In this document: positions 8,612-17,300 of the stretch, piece after piece
Layout: every line of letters begins with the position of its first letter
Numbering within the stretch: the first letter of the stretch is position 1
NCBI GenBank assembly: GCA_035437965.1
Contig: DAOMZC010000001.1
Span: 1 to 50,851, forward strand
Length of the DNA: 50,851 nucleotides
From: Pseudomonadota bacterium
GTDB taxonomy: Bacteria; Myxococcota_A; Polyangia; Palsa-1104; JAEUJZ01
Direction of reading: 5' to 3'
Position numbers and translations under genes: made by a program
The notes under the pieces: generated by a model
What the model saw: the letters and a program-made list of their open reading frames with translations, nothing else
What the model was told of the DNA's origin: nothing
Databases searched by the model: none

Positions 8612-9316
8612 TCACAGCGCGGTGGCGCGCAGGCTGGGAACTTCTTGGGCCGGCCTGTAGGTCAGCTCGGACTGGAGGCGATCGAAGAAGCCGACCCACA
8701 GCTTCCACATCTTCTCTGCGTTGCGGATGATCTCGTCCATCTGCGCGGGCGCGAACGTGGCCGTGACTGCCGCATTGGCGCGGACCACGTGCTCGGGCTC
8801 TTGACAGATATGGATGTCGACCCACGGGAGGGCGTCGGCGCCGGTCGTCTTGCGCACCGCGTGGCCGATGCCGGACACCATCGTAAGGTCCGCCACTTCC
8901 GTTCCGTAAAGGAATCCCAGCGCCTCCATGGGCTGCGCGGACGCCTGGGCGTAGCCTTCGAGCAGCTTGCGAGTCTCGGGCAGCGGCGCCGTCTCGGTCA
9001 GCGCCGACTCGGTAAATCCCACTGCGGTCATCGTGTCGACAAAGACCCGCTCATGCGCGAGCTGGGGGTTCCCTTCGCCAAGCTCTTGATACAGAATCTT
9101 CGAGACCTCGGTCTTGGTGTCCTGCCGGGGAAGCACGGAGATTGTCCGCGCCAGGAACACCGGGAAGTAGTGCAGCGGATGCCACCACTGCCCAAGAAAA
9201 GTTCCGGCATCGGCGCGGGTAATCGCAGTGTCGCGGACATGCTGGAAAAAGGGGTGGCAGAGGAGCGCATTCCTGCTCTCTTGGCGAGCGAGGATTTCGA
9301 CGATTCCAGAGCTCAT
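8612..9316 (-). CDS. Heme-oxygenase-like diiron oxidase/oxygenase (HDO; PqqC/TenA/CADD-fold iron-containing redox enzyme)
   Basis: 234 aa. N-terminal LLCHPFFQHV...FLGQWWH is typical of the fold. Candidate metal-ligand motifs are YQELGEGNPQLAHERVF (E..E......H), LYGTEVAD (E) and VDIHICQEPEHV (H....E..H). Confidence 0.7.
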   Translation of the reverse strand: MSSGIVEILARQESRNALLCHPFFQHVRDTAITRADAGTFLGQWWHPLHYFPVFLARTISVLPRQDTKTEVSKILYQELGEGNPQLAHERVFVDTMTAVGFTESALTETAPLPETRKLLEGYAQASAQPMEALGFLYGTEVADLTMVSGIGHAVRKTTGADALPWVDIHICQEPEHVVRANAAVTATFAPAQMDEIIRNAEKMWKLWVGFFDRLQSELTYRPAQEVPSLRATAL

Positions 9317-9324
9317 GAATGTAG

Positions 9325-9365
9325 AGTCTAGTTAAAGTCGGTGACGCTTGACAACTTAAATGTCA
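9325..9365 (-). promoter_or_regulatory. Possible sigma70-like promoter plus palindrome in the 94-bp AT-rich gap upstream of the HDO gene
   Basis: On the minus strand: TTGTCA (9354..9349), an 18-nt spacer, then TAGACT (9330..9325), with the HDO ATG (9316) only 8 nt further on. The palindrome TGACA-n7-TGTCA (9349..9365) overlaps the -35 element. Motif matching only. Confidence 0.25.
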
Positions 9366-9410
9366 TTTTTCTGGCCAAAACGACCCCAATCAGAGGATGG
9401 GTTCAACCAA

Positions 9411-10658
9411 TTACAAGGGATTTACTTCAAACAGGGGAAAGTAGGACTCGATCTTCCCTTCGCAGTACTCCGCGGCGAGCTGTGGAATCTCTTCCCACTT
9501 ATAGACTCTGTCGCCAGCAACCGGGGGACGCCAGTTCATCGCTTCCGCCGCCTGCACTGCCTGCCAGGCTTCGGTGTCGCGCGACCCATGGGTGTTGACG
9601 TGGATGTGGCGGTTTATGCACTCTAGTCCCCGCATGATCGACAGCCGCATGCCGTGCTTCCAGCCCGAAGTCGCAATCACCCCCTGGCGGCCCAGGGCCT
9701 TTAGCGTCGCGCGAAAGACCGGCGCACCGATGTTGTCGATGAAGATGGAGACGCCCTCACCCTGCGTGTGCTCCGCGACCAGGTGTAATAGATACTCCTC
9801 GGCCTCCCGGTAGCGATCGCGGTAGGCTGGATCGCGCTGATAGAGCTCCTCATCGAAAGCCAGGCCCGAGAACCGGCTGCGATCGATGGGCCGGATTCCC
9901 ATCTTCTCGATCAGCGCCAGCCGCTTGGGCGAGGAGCCGATCATCGCCGTCTGGCAGCCGAGCTGCCGCGCCAGCGCGAGCTGCGCCAGCGACACCCCGC
10001 CGCCCCAGCCCCAGACGTGCACCTGTTCCGGCGCGAGCTCGGGCATCTGCGCCCGCCAGCAGCCCCAGGCCACCTTCCAGTTGTCCCAGGCGGTCAGATA
10101 GCGCACCGAAAACGCCGCCCACTCCTGCGCCGTGAAGGTAGAGTGTCCGGGCAGCGGAATCAGGCAGCGCGCCGGCATCTTGCTCTGCTTGGCCAAAAGC
10201 CCGATCGTGCCCGGCGCGTCGAAGCCCAGGACCTTGAGCGTATAGCCGTGCTTGTCCTTGATCACGTTCCCATCAAGGAGGCACAGGTCCCCGGCCTTCA
10301 CCGAAGTGACCGCGGCGCCGGGGCGCAAGACGCGCACGACGCCGGAGTTCCCGATCACCACCGAGCCCTCCTGCCGCAGGCGGCAGATATCCACCGGGCT
10401 GCGCTGCAGCGCGTGGCTCATGTTGGCTTCCCAGCAGCCATAGATCGGCTCGACCAGGACTTCGTCGGGGGTGATATTGGGAAAGCTGAACTGCTCACGC
10501 TTTAGCTGCGCGCTCTGCGGGTCCGCGCCGTTCCCTTGCCCCTGATAGAGGACCCAGGCTTCTGTCGTAATCTTGTTCAGGGTCGAGCTGTGGCTCGTCA
10601 CGGTGGGTCCCCAGTTACCTTGAGGCGCCGGCGATTTGTATTTGGCGCTAGATGTCAT
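9411..10658 (-). CDS. MDR-superfamily oxidoreductase, crotonyl-CoA carboxylase/reductase-like in length and motif pattern
   Basis: 415 aa. GroES-like N-domain segment (DEVLVEPIYGCWEANMSH...VIGNSGVVRVLRPGAAVTSVKAGDLC). Nucleotide-binding segment VHVWGWGGGVSLAQLALARQLG, which resembles the CCR pattern IWGASGGLGS..A.QFA as I recall it. The ATG lies inside the last 11 nt of the sulfotransferase gene. Confidence 0.7.
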   Translation of the reverse strand: MTSSAKYKSPAPQGNWGPTVTSHSSTLNKITTEAWVLYQGQGNGADPQSAQLKREQFSFPNITPDEVLVEPIYGCWEANMSHALQRSPVDICRLRQEGSVVIGNSGVVRVLRPGAAVTSVKAGDLCLLDGNVIKDKHGYTLKVLGFDAPGTIGLLAKQSKMPARCLIPLPGHSTFTAQEWAAFSVRYLTAWDNWKVAWGCWRAQMPELAPEQVHVWGWGGGVSLAQLALARQLGCQTAMIGSSPKRLALIEKMGIRPIDRSRFSGLAFDEELYQRDPAYRDRYREAEEYLLHLVAEHTQGEGVSIFIDNIGAPVFRATLKALGRQGVIATSGWKHGMRLSIMRGLECINRHIHVNTHGSRDTEAWQAVQAAEAMNWRPPVAGDRVYKWEEIPQLAAEYCEGKIESYFPLFEVNPL

Positions 10659-11880
10659 AGTTTAGCTGTCTCGCAACTTGCACCGTCATCGAGTGCAGCG
10701 GCTGAGGGGGCTTGGGCTGCTGAACGCGGGCGAGCTCCGGCTGGATCCGCTGGCGCTGCTGCAGGCCGGGGTCGCCGACCCCATCGAGCATGCGCTCACC
10801 CTGGTAGGGGTTGAGGACCGCCGGATCGAACTCGACGCCGAGGAAGCTGCAGACCCTGCGCATCACCGGCTCTGGACTCTGCACGAGCTCCTCGTAGCGC
10901 ACCCAGTGCTGACGGGCTTCAGGGATGGTGGCGAGGAAGGTCAGGGCGTTCTGGGTGTAGATCGCCCACAGCTTTTCGGCAAAGAGGAAGGGGTTGTCAT
11001 CCCAGAAGCCGAACCAGTTCTGCAGCCAGCGGTTGAAGCGGTTGCGCACCATCGACTCCAGGACCGGGTAGGGGTGGCGCCCGATGAAAAGATACTTCGG
11101 CTGCGCGAACATCTGCTCGGCGCGCTGCAGCCAGCCCACGTGCGCCTGGTAAAGGGGCGACTTGTCGACCACCAGCCGTCCCCCGGCGCGCTCGCCGAGC
11201 CGCGCGTAGACCTCGGCCATCGGCAGGTTCTGCGCTTCAAGCTCGCCGACCTGCCGCTCCGCCTCCTCGTACGTAACGCGGCCCAGGTGCATGAACGCCT
11301 GCGGCAGACCCGTGTGAAACCCATCCACCCCCGCCTCGCGCAGCTCCTGCCGCTTGGCGCCCAGGGTGTCGAAGGGCAGCAGGTTCAGCTCCGGTGGAGA
11401 GAACAACGCCGGGTGCCCGGTCAGCATCGCGCGCAGGAGCGTCGTTCCCGAGCGCGGTGGACCCAGCAGGAACACCGCTGTAGGCCGCGCCTCTCCGGCC
11501 GTATCAGGGGGATACGGCGCGGGCGGCTTGAAGGTCCAGGTGCCCCCTTCATGGGGATCCGCGTACCCGGCCGCAGGGGCAGGGGGCTGGATCTCGCTGA
11601 TGATGTAAGTCGCGAGCTCGCGCAGCGTAGTCCTTCCGGCCAGCTCCGCCGGCATCAGCCACAGACCGAGCTTCTCATGAAGCCGCGGCAACAGCTCGTC
11701 CGCCAAGACCGTGGGGTCTTGCCATGCGGCCTTGATTTCAGCAAATGCAGCAGTCGGTGCCACCGCCGCCGCCGGCCTATCCGCAAGCTCCGCCGCCCAG
11801 GCCGGCAGGTGCGTCAGCAGGAGCTCCGTGGCGTCGGCCCGGGGCAGGGTGCGGAGCTTTTCGTAAAGGTCTCTGCTCAT
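10648..11880 (-). CDS. PAPS-dependent sulfotransferase of the CurM/OLS 'activating ST' type, with an N-terminal carrier-protein-like domain
   Basis: 410 aa. 5'-PSB loop LLGPPRSGTTLLRAMLTGHPALFSPPELNLLPF. Also VVDKSPLY, a 3'-PB-like FIGRHPYPVLESMVR, and RYEELV...LNPYQGERM. This order and wording match my recollection of the CurM ST domain. The ATG is 1 nt after the TAG of the TE gene. Confidence 0.85.
   Translation of the reverse strand: MSRDLYEKLRTLPRADATELLLTHLPAWAAELADRPAAAVAPTAAFAEIKAAWQDPTVLADELLPRLHEKLGLWLMPAELAGRTTLRELATYIISEIQPPAPAAGYADPHEGGTWTFKPPAPYPPDTAGEARPTAVFLLGPPRSGTTLLRAMLTGHPALFSPPELNLLPFDTLGAKRQELREAGVDGFHTGLPQAFMHLGRVTYEEAERQVGELEAQNLPMAEVYARLGERAGGRLVVDKSPLYQAHVGWLQRAEQMFAQPKYLFIGRHPYPVLESMVRNRFNRWLQNWFGFWDDNPFLFAEKLWAIYTQNALTFLATIPEARQHWVRYEELVQSPEPVMRRVCSFLGVEFDPAVLNPYQGERMLDGVGDPGLQQRQRIQPELARVQQPKPPQPLHSMTVQVARQLNYDI
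11581..11838 (-). other. Degenerate (serine-less) carrier-protein-like domain at the N-terminus of the sulfotransferase
   Basis: ST residues about 15-100. WQDPTVLADELLPRLHEKLGLWLMPAELAGRTTLRELATYI aligns with one gap to the ACP of the 2582-aa PKS in this window ([40 protein letters not shown]). The phosphopantetheine Ser position reads Pro (DS -> DP). Confidence 0.5.
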
Positions 11881-11881
11881 G

Positions 11882-14335
11882 CTAGTTTCCCAGCCTGGCT
11901 CTGCTCAGGCACTCCGAGAGCTTCGCTGCCACTACCTGAATGTGCGGCTCGCCGATGAAGGTCATGTGGTTGCCGGGCACCCGGTGAATCTCCGGCTCGA
12001 CCTGCAGCGCGTCCCACCCCAGCTTCTCGCTGCGGGTGTCGTTTTCCCAATCGGTGGCGCGGAAGATTATGGCGCGCATGGGGACGACATCCTTGGGCTC
12101 GTAAGGCATCTGCAGCTGCAGCTTGAAGACCTCGAGCAGGTGGCGGGCGGTGGTCACTTCTTCACCCGAGGCCATGATGTTATTGGCGCGCAGCCAGCCG
12201 GCAAACTGCGCCCACTGGGCCTCGGCATCCGGCGAGCTCGGGGGCTCATAGGGGGCGACGATCTTGTCGGCCAGGACCTCTTCGAAGGTGACTACATACT
12301 CGGCAATCCACTGCGCGGTGGTCTCGTGCTGCAGGCGCTTTACCAGGTGCGGCGCCTCGGTATCGAACAGGATGAGGCACGCCACCTGCTCACCGGCCTT
12401 GAGCAGCCGCTGGGCCATCTCGTAGGCGATAAAGCTGCCGAACGAGTGGCCGCCAAGATAGTACGGGCCGTGCGGCTGCAGGCGCTTGATCGCGGCCAGG
12501 AAGTGCGCGGCCATGGCCTCGACGGTGGTGTGCGGGCTGCTCTGTCCATCGAGCCCTGCGGCCTGCAGACCATAAAACGGCTGCTCCGGATCCATGTAGC
12601 GGGCCAGATAGTACATGTAGAAGATCGTCCCGCCGGCCCCCGGCGCCAGGAAGAACGGAGGCTTGCTGCCATTTGGCTGCACCGGGACCAGCGCCGAAAA
12701 GAGAGCGTCCGCGCTCTGTCCCTTGACCACATCTTGAATCAGCTTCGCCAGTCCGACGATCGTCGGGTTCAGGAGCAGCGCCGAGATCGGGAGCTGAATC
12801 CCAAACTGCTGACGGATCTGGCCGACCAGCCGGATGGCCAGCAGCGAGTGACCGCCGAAGTCATAGAAGTTATCGTGCGTACTTACAGAGGGCAGGTTGA
12901 AAAGCTTCTGCCACAGCTGCACGAGCGCCTGCTCGACCGCGTTGAGCGGCGGCACAAACTGGCGGGCGGTCGCCGCCCGCACGGGCGCCGCCGCAACGGG
13001 CGGAACCTCGCCCTGCGGAATCGTCTGTATGAGCGCGCCCAGAGAACGGTCGGCGACCGCCGCCGCGAGAAGGTTCTTCAGGTGAAGAGCGAGCCGCTCG
13101 ACATCGGCGGCCGTAAACGCGGCCCGGCTGTAGACGAACTTTACGTGCAGCCCCTCGTGCGGGAACACCGTGATGGTCAGCGGATACTGGGTCTGGGCGC
13201 CGATCGAGCGGACATCGCTTACCGTAAACGGCTGACCTGCTGCGGGCGCGGTCGGCAGCGGATAATTTTCAAAGACCAGCAGGCTGTCGTAAAGCCGGAA
13301 GGTGGGGGGAACTTTGCTCCACTGGTGGATCTGGCCGGCGGCAGCGTACTCGTAGCTCTGCTGCTCCAGGGTCTGGGCGGCCAGCGCCTGCAGCCAGAGT
13401 GAAAGAGTCTGCTCCGGTTTTACTTCTACCCGCAGCGGCACCGTGTTGATAAACAGACCGACCATGGTCTCGACGCCCGGCAGCGCCGCCGGACGGCCCG
13501 AGACCGTGATCCCGAAGAGGACCTCCGCGGCCCCGCTGTAGCGGGCCAGCAGCAGGGCCCACGCCCCTTGCATCACCGTACTCAGGGTCACCTGGCTCTG
13601 CCGCGCCAGCGTGCGCAGTTCTTGCAGCAGGCTCGCCGGCAAGAGCAGCTCGTGGTCACCAAAGCCGGTCGCTTCCGCGGGCTCAAGCCGCGCCGGAGCC
13701 AGCGGCGTGGGGCCGCGGAAGCCCTGCAGGCGCTTGCGCCAGAACGCTTCGGTCAGCGCCGTGTCCTGCCGCTGCAGCCAGCCTACATACTCGCTGTACG
13801 GACGTACAGGCGGCAGGCGTAGCGCGCGGCCGGCGCACTCTGCCAGGTAGACCTCGTGCACCTCGCGCAGCACGATCGGCAGCGCCCAGCCATCGAGCAG
13901 GATGTGGTGCGTGGTCCAGACGGCCTGATAGCTCTGCTCACCAAGCTGCAAGATCGCCAGCCGCATCAGCGGCACCTTGCCCAGGTTGAAGCCGAGCACC
14001 CGATCGGCGCGCAGAAACTCTTCAAGCCGCTGCGCGCTTTCCGCCGGGGAAGCGGCGCGCCAGTCCTGCCAGGAAATCTGCAGCCCCGGCTGCCGCAATA
14101 CAAACTGCAGCGGCTCGGGCTGATCCTTCCACAAAAAGCCGGTGCGCAAGCCCGAGTGGCGCATAAGGATCTGCTGCCACGCCCGCTCATAAGCGGGCCG
14201 ATTCAAGACGCCTTGCCACTGCCAGAGAAACTGTTCGATCTGGCGACCCGAAGCGGGGAAAGCCAGCGTCTCGAGCAGCATCCCCTGCTGCGAAGGAGTC
14301 AGCGGATATAACGCTTCGACCGGATTGGTGCTCAT
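11882..14335 (-). CDS. NRPS termination protein C-T-TE, without an adenylation domain
   Basis: 817 aa. C domain (YPLTPSQQGML, HHILLDGWA; about 13031..14335). Only about 27 residues later comes the T domain (FYDFGGHSLLAIRL, Ser497; about 12731..12952). The TE follows (GGHSFGS Ser631, PGNHMTF His790; about 11885..12673). No A-domain core motifs (TSGSTGxPKG, YGPTE, YxTGD) anywhere in the ORF. Confidence 0.9.
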   Translation of the reverse strand: MSTNPVEALYPLTPSQQGMLLETLAFPASGRQIEQFLWQWQGVLNRPAYERAWQQILMRHSGLRTGFLWKDQPEPLQFVLRQPGLQISWQDWRAASPAESAQRLEEFLRADRVLGFNLGKVPLMRLAILQLGEQSYQAVWTTHHILLDGWALPIVLREVHEVYLAECAGRALRLPPVRPYSEYVGWLQRQDTALTEAFWRKRLQGFRGPTPLAPARLEPAEATGFGDHELLLPASLLQELRTLARQSQVTLSTVMQGAWALLLARYSGAAEVLFGITVSGRPAALPGVETMVGLFINTVPLRVEVKPEQTLSLWLQALAAQTLEQQSYEYAAAGQIHQWSKVPPTFRLYDSLLVFENYPLPTAPAAGQPFTVSDVRSIGAQTQYPLTITVFPHEGLHVKFVYSRAAFTAADVERLALHLKNLLAAAVADRSLGALIQTIPQGEVPPVAAAPVRAATARQFVPPLNAVEQALVQLWQKLFNLPSVSTHDNFYDFGGHSLLAIRLVGQIRQQFGIQLPISALLLNPTIVGLAKLIQDVVKGQSADALFSALVPVQPNGSKPPFFLAPGAGGTIFYMYYLARYMDPEQPFYGLQAAGLDGQSSPHTTVEAMAAHFLAAIKRLQPHGPYYLGGHSFGSFIAYEMAQRLLKAGEQVACLILFDTEAPHLVKRLQHETTAQWIAEYVVTFEEVLADKIVAPYEPPSSPDAEAQWAQFAGWLRANNIMASGEEVTTARHLLEVFKLQLQMPYEPKDVVPMRAIIFRATDWENDTRSEKLGWDALQVEPEIHRVPGNHMTFIGEPHIQVVAAKLSECLSRARLGN

Positions 14336-14337
14336 CG

Positions 14338-17300
14338 CTAGCTCGCGTTCTCAAGTGCTATGGCGGCCAGCGCCTGATCGAGCGCGGCTTGACCGAGCCG
14401 GCTCTCGGGGAAGTCGCTCGGGGTGTAGCCGCCGGCAGAGGGCGCGCAGCAGTGCTCGATGAGGGCCGTGAGCGCGTCCATATAGCGGTCGATGAGCCGC
14501 TCCAGGGTCGCCTGCCGATGAAAGCTGGCGCTATAGGCAAAGTCGATTTCAAGCCGACCGCCGATGACGATGCCGCTTACATCGAGCAGCCGGGCGCGGG
14601 TATTTTGCGGGCTGACTTCGGGCTCACAAGAGCCCGCGGCCGGTCCGCGGATGATGCCGGCGTCGGCCCCGTGCCCCTCGCCAAACTGTCCCATGTAGTT
14701 GAAGCTGAGCTGCGGCTCGGGAAGCTGCGCCAGCGCCGCCGAATCGCTGAGGTAGCGCAGGATGCCGTAGCCGATGCCGTTATTTGGTATCTGGCGGAGC
14801 TGCTCCTTGATCGACTTGATGGCGCTTCCCACATCTTTGTCCGCGCCCGCCAGAGTCAGGTACACCGGATAGAGCGTGGTGAACCAGCCCACGGTGCGCG
14901 ACAGATCGATGCCGCTGTGCAGCTCTTCGCGGCCGTGGCTCTCCAGCGAAAGGAGCAAGGAATCTTCCTTTGTCCACTCGGTCACTGTCTGCATCAGGGC
15001 GGTCAGCAGGAGATCATTTACCTGCGTGTGATACGCGGCCGGCGCCTCCTGCAGCAGCGCGCGCGTCAGCTCCGCCGAGAGCGCCCGGGTTACATGCAGC
15101 GCCGTGGCCACCGTGTTGGCGCCGGCCTCCTGGTCCTGCGGCAGCGCGGACGCCACCTTCGGCAGGCGAGCGAGCCAGCCAGCCAGCTGAGGCTCCATCA
15201 GGGCGGCTCCCTGCTGGGTGAGCCAGTGCGCCCACGCCTGGAAGGAAGTAGTCTTGGCGGGCAGTACGATGTCCTCACCTCTGCTCAGCTGCCCATAGGC
15301 AGTCTGCAAGTCTTCAAGCAGGATGCGCCAGGAAACCCCGTCCACGGCCAGGTGATGGATGGTGATGGACAGGCGCGCCGGCCGCTCTGCTCCCAGCACG
15401 AAGAGCGCTGCGCGCAGGAGCGGCCCGTCCTCTATATTCAGGCTCTCTTGCAGGGCGGCAATCTGGCCGGCGATGGCCCGGTCCTGCTCGGCCGCCGGCA
15501 GCTCGCTCAGGTCCGAGACGGCCAGCGAGACCTCGCCCGGCGCTGCGCCGTGGCTCTGCTGCCAGCCCGCGCTCGTCCTTGTATGGCGCAAGCGCAGCGC
15601 ATCATGATGCACCAGCAACTTCTGCAGCACCTGACGCAGCACCGCGGGCGAGGTATCCGCCGCCACTTCAAGGTACGTAGACTGATTGAAGTGATGGGGG
15701 TTCGTCGGCTCCTGGGCAAAAAACCAGCGCTGGATGGGGGTCAGCGCCACCTCGCCGGTAACGAGGCTCTGCGCCGGCCGGGTCGGCCCGGTATCGGCTG
15801 TGACCACCAGCGCCAGCTCGGCAATCGTCCGCTTCTGGAAGACCTGCTTGGCGGTAATATGCAGCCCGGCCTTGCGCGCCCGGCTCACCAGCTGGATGCT
15901 GATGATCGAGTCGCCGCCCAGCTCGAAGAAGTTATCATGGATGCCGACTCGCTCGACACGGAGCACGTCCTGCCAGATCCCTACCAGGGTCCTCTCGATG
16001 GCGGTCTGCGCGGCGGCAAAGTGCTCTGCAGGCTGGTGCTGGTGATCGATGCGCCGCGCGGCGAGGGCGCGGCGATCGACTTTCCCATTTGGGGAAAGAG
16101 GTAGCGCTTGCTCGATCACAAAGGCAGCCGGCACCATGTAATCAGGCAGGTTTTGCTGCACGTAGCTCCGCAAGATCGAGCGCAGCGCCGGCGCGGTCTC
16201 GGTGCACTGCGGACCCTGTACCACGTACGCCACCAGGCGTTTGCCGCCCGCGTCTTCGTTCACGATGACAGCCGCTTCGCGCACCTGCGGGTGCTGGCTC
16301 AGCACCGCTTCGATTTCGCCCGGCTCGACGCGAAACCCGCGAAGCTTGATCTGATTGTCAGCACGTCTGACAAACTCGATGCCCACGCCGGACGAACCGC
16401 AGCCGTCGGCCGTAGAGCAAAAGCGTGCCAGATCGCCAGTTCTATATAGGCGAGTCGCAGTCTTTGCGGGCGCAATGCAGTGCGCAATAGGGTGATCGAT
16501 AAATGCCTTCGCGGTAAGCTCTGGCCGGTGCAGATACCCTTCGGCCAGGCCGTCGCCGGCAACATAAAGCTCCCCCGTCACTCCGATTGGTACGGGACGC
16601 AGCAGCCGGTCGAGGATGTACGCTTGGCTGTTGCGGATCGGGCGGCCGATCGGAACCGTCTTCGCCGCATCCGAGAGCTCGGTGATGGCATGCCAGGTCG
16701 AAAAAGTCGTGTTTTCGGTGGGACCGTAGACGTGCAGAAAGTGGGTCGGCCGACCGTGGCGCAGCACCCTTCGCACGGCCCCGGGGTCTACCGCTTCGCC
16801 GCCGAACAGCAGGTAGCGCAGCGAGCTGAAGGCGTCGGGAATCAGGCTCACCACCTGGTTGAACAGCGCGGTCGTCAGAAAGAGGGTAGTGATTCCCTGG
16901 TCGCGCAGCTTGGCGACCAGCTGCGGTGGACTCAGGATGTCGTCACGCTCGAGGCCCCACAGCTGCGCGCCGTTTAGCAGCGCTCCCCAGATTTCGAAAG
17001 TAGCGGCGTCGAACGCGGCATTGGCGGCCTGGGCGATGCGATCCGTCGCCGTGAGCTGCACGTAATCCGTAGCCTTGACCAGGCGGTTGACCGCGCGGTG
17101 CGAGACGACGACTCCCTTGGGCTGACCCGAGGAGCCCGAGGTATAGATGACGTAGGCGCGCCCGGTCGGCAGCGCTGCGCCCATCAGGTCGTCGCTGCCG
17201 TACGCCGCAAGCCGGGCTTCCAGGCGGTCAAGGGCGACGTAGGTAGCAGCCGCTGCCGGCAACTTGTCCAGCCAGCGGGCCTGGGTGAGCACTATGGGAG

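Noticed and set aside
8489-9331. 280-aa plus-strand ORF covering the HDO locus
   Set aside because: It is antisense to the 234-aa frame that carries the HDO motifs, has Arg/Gly-rich composition and shows no recognisable domain.
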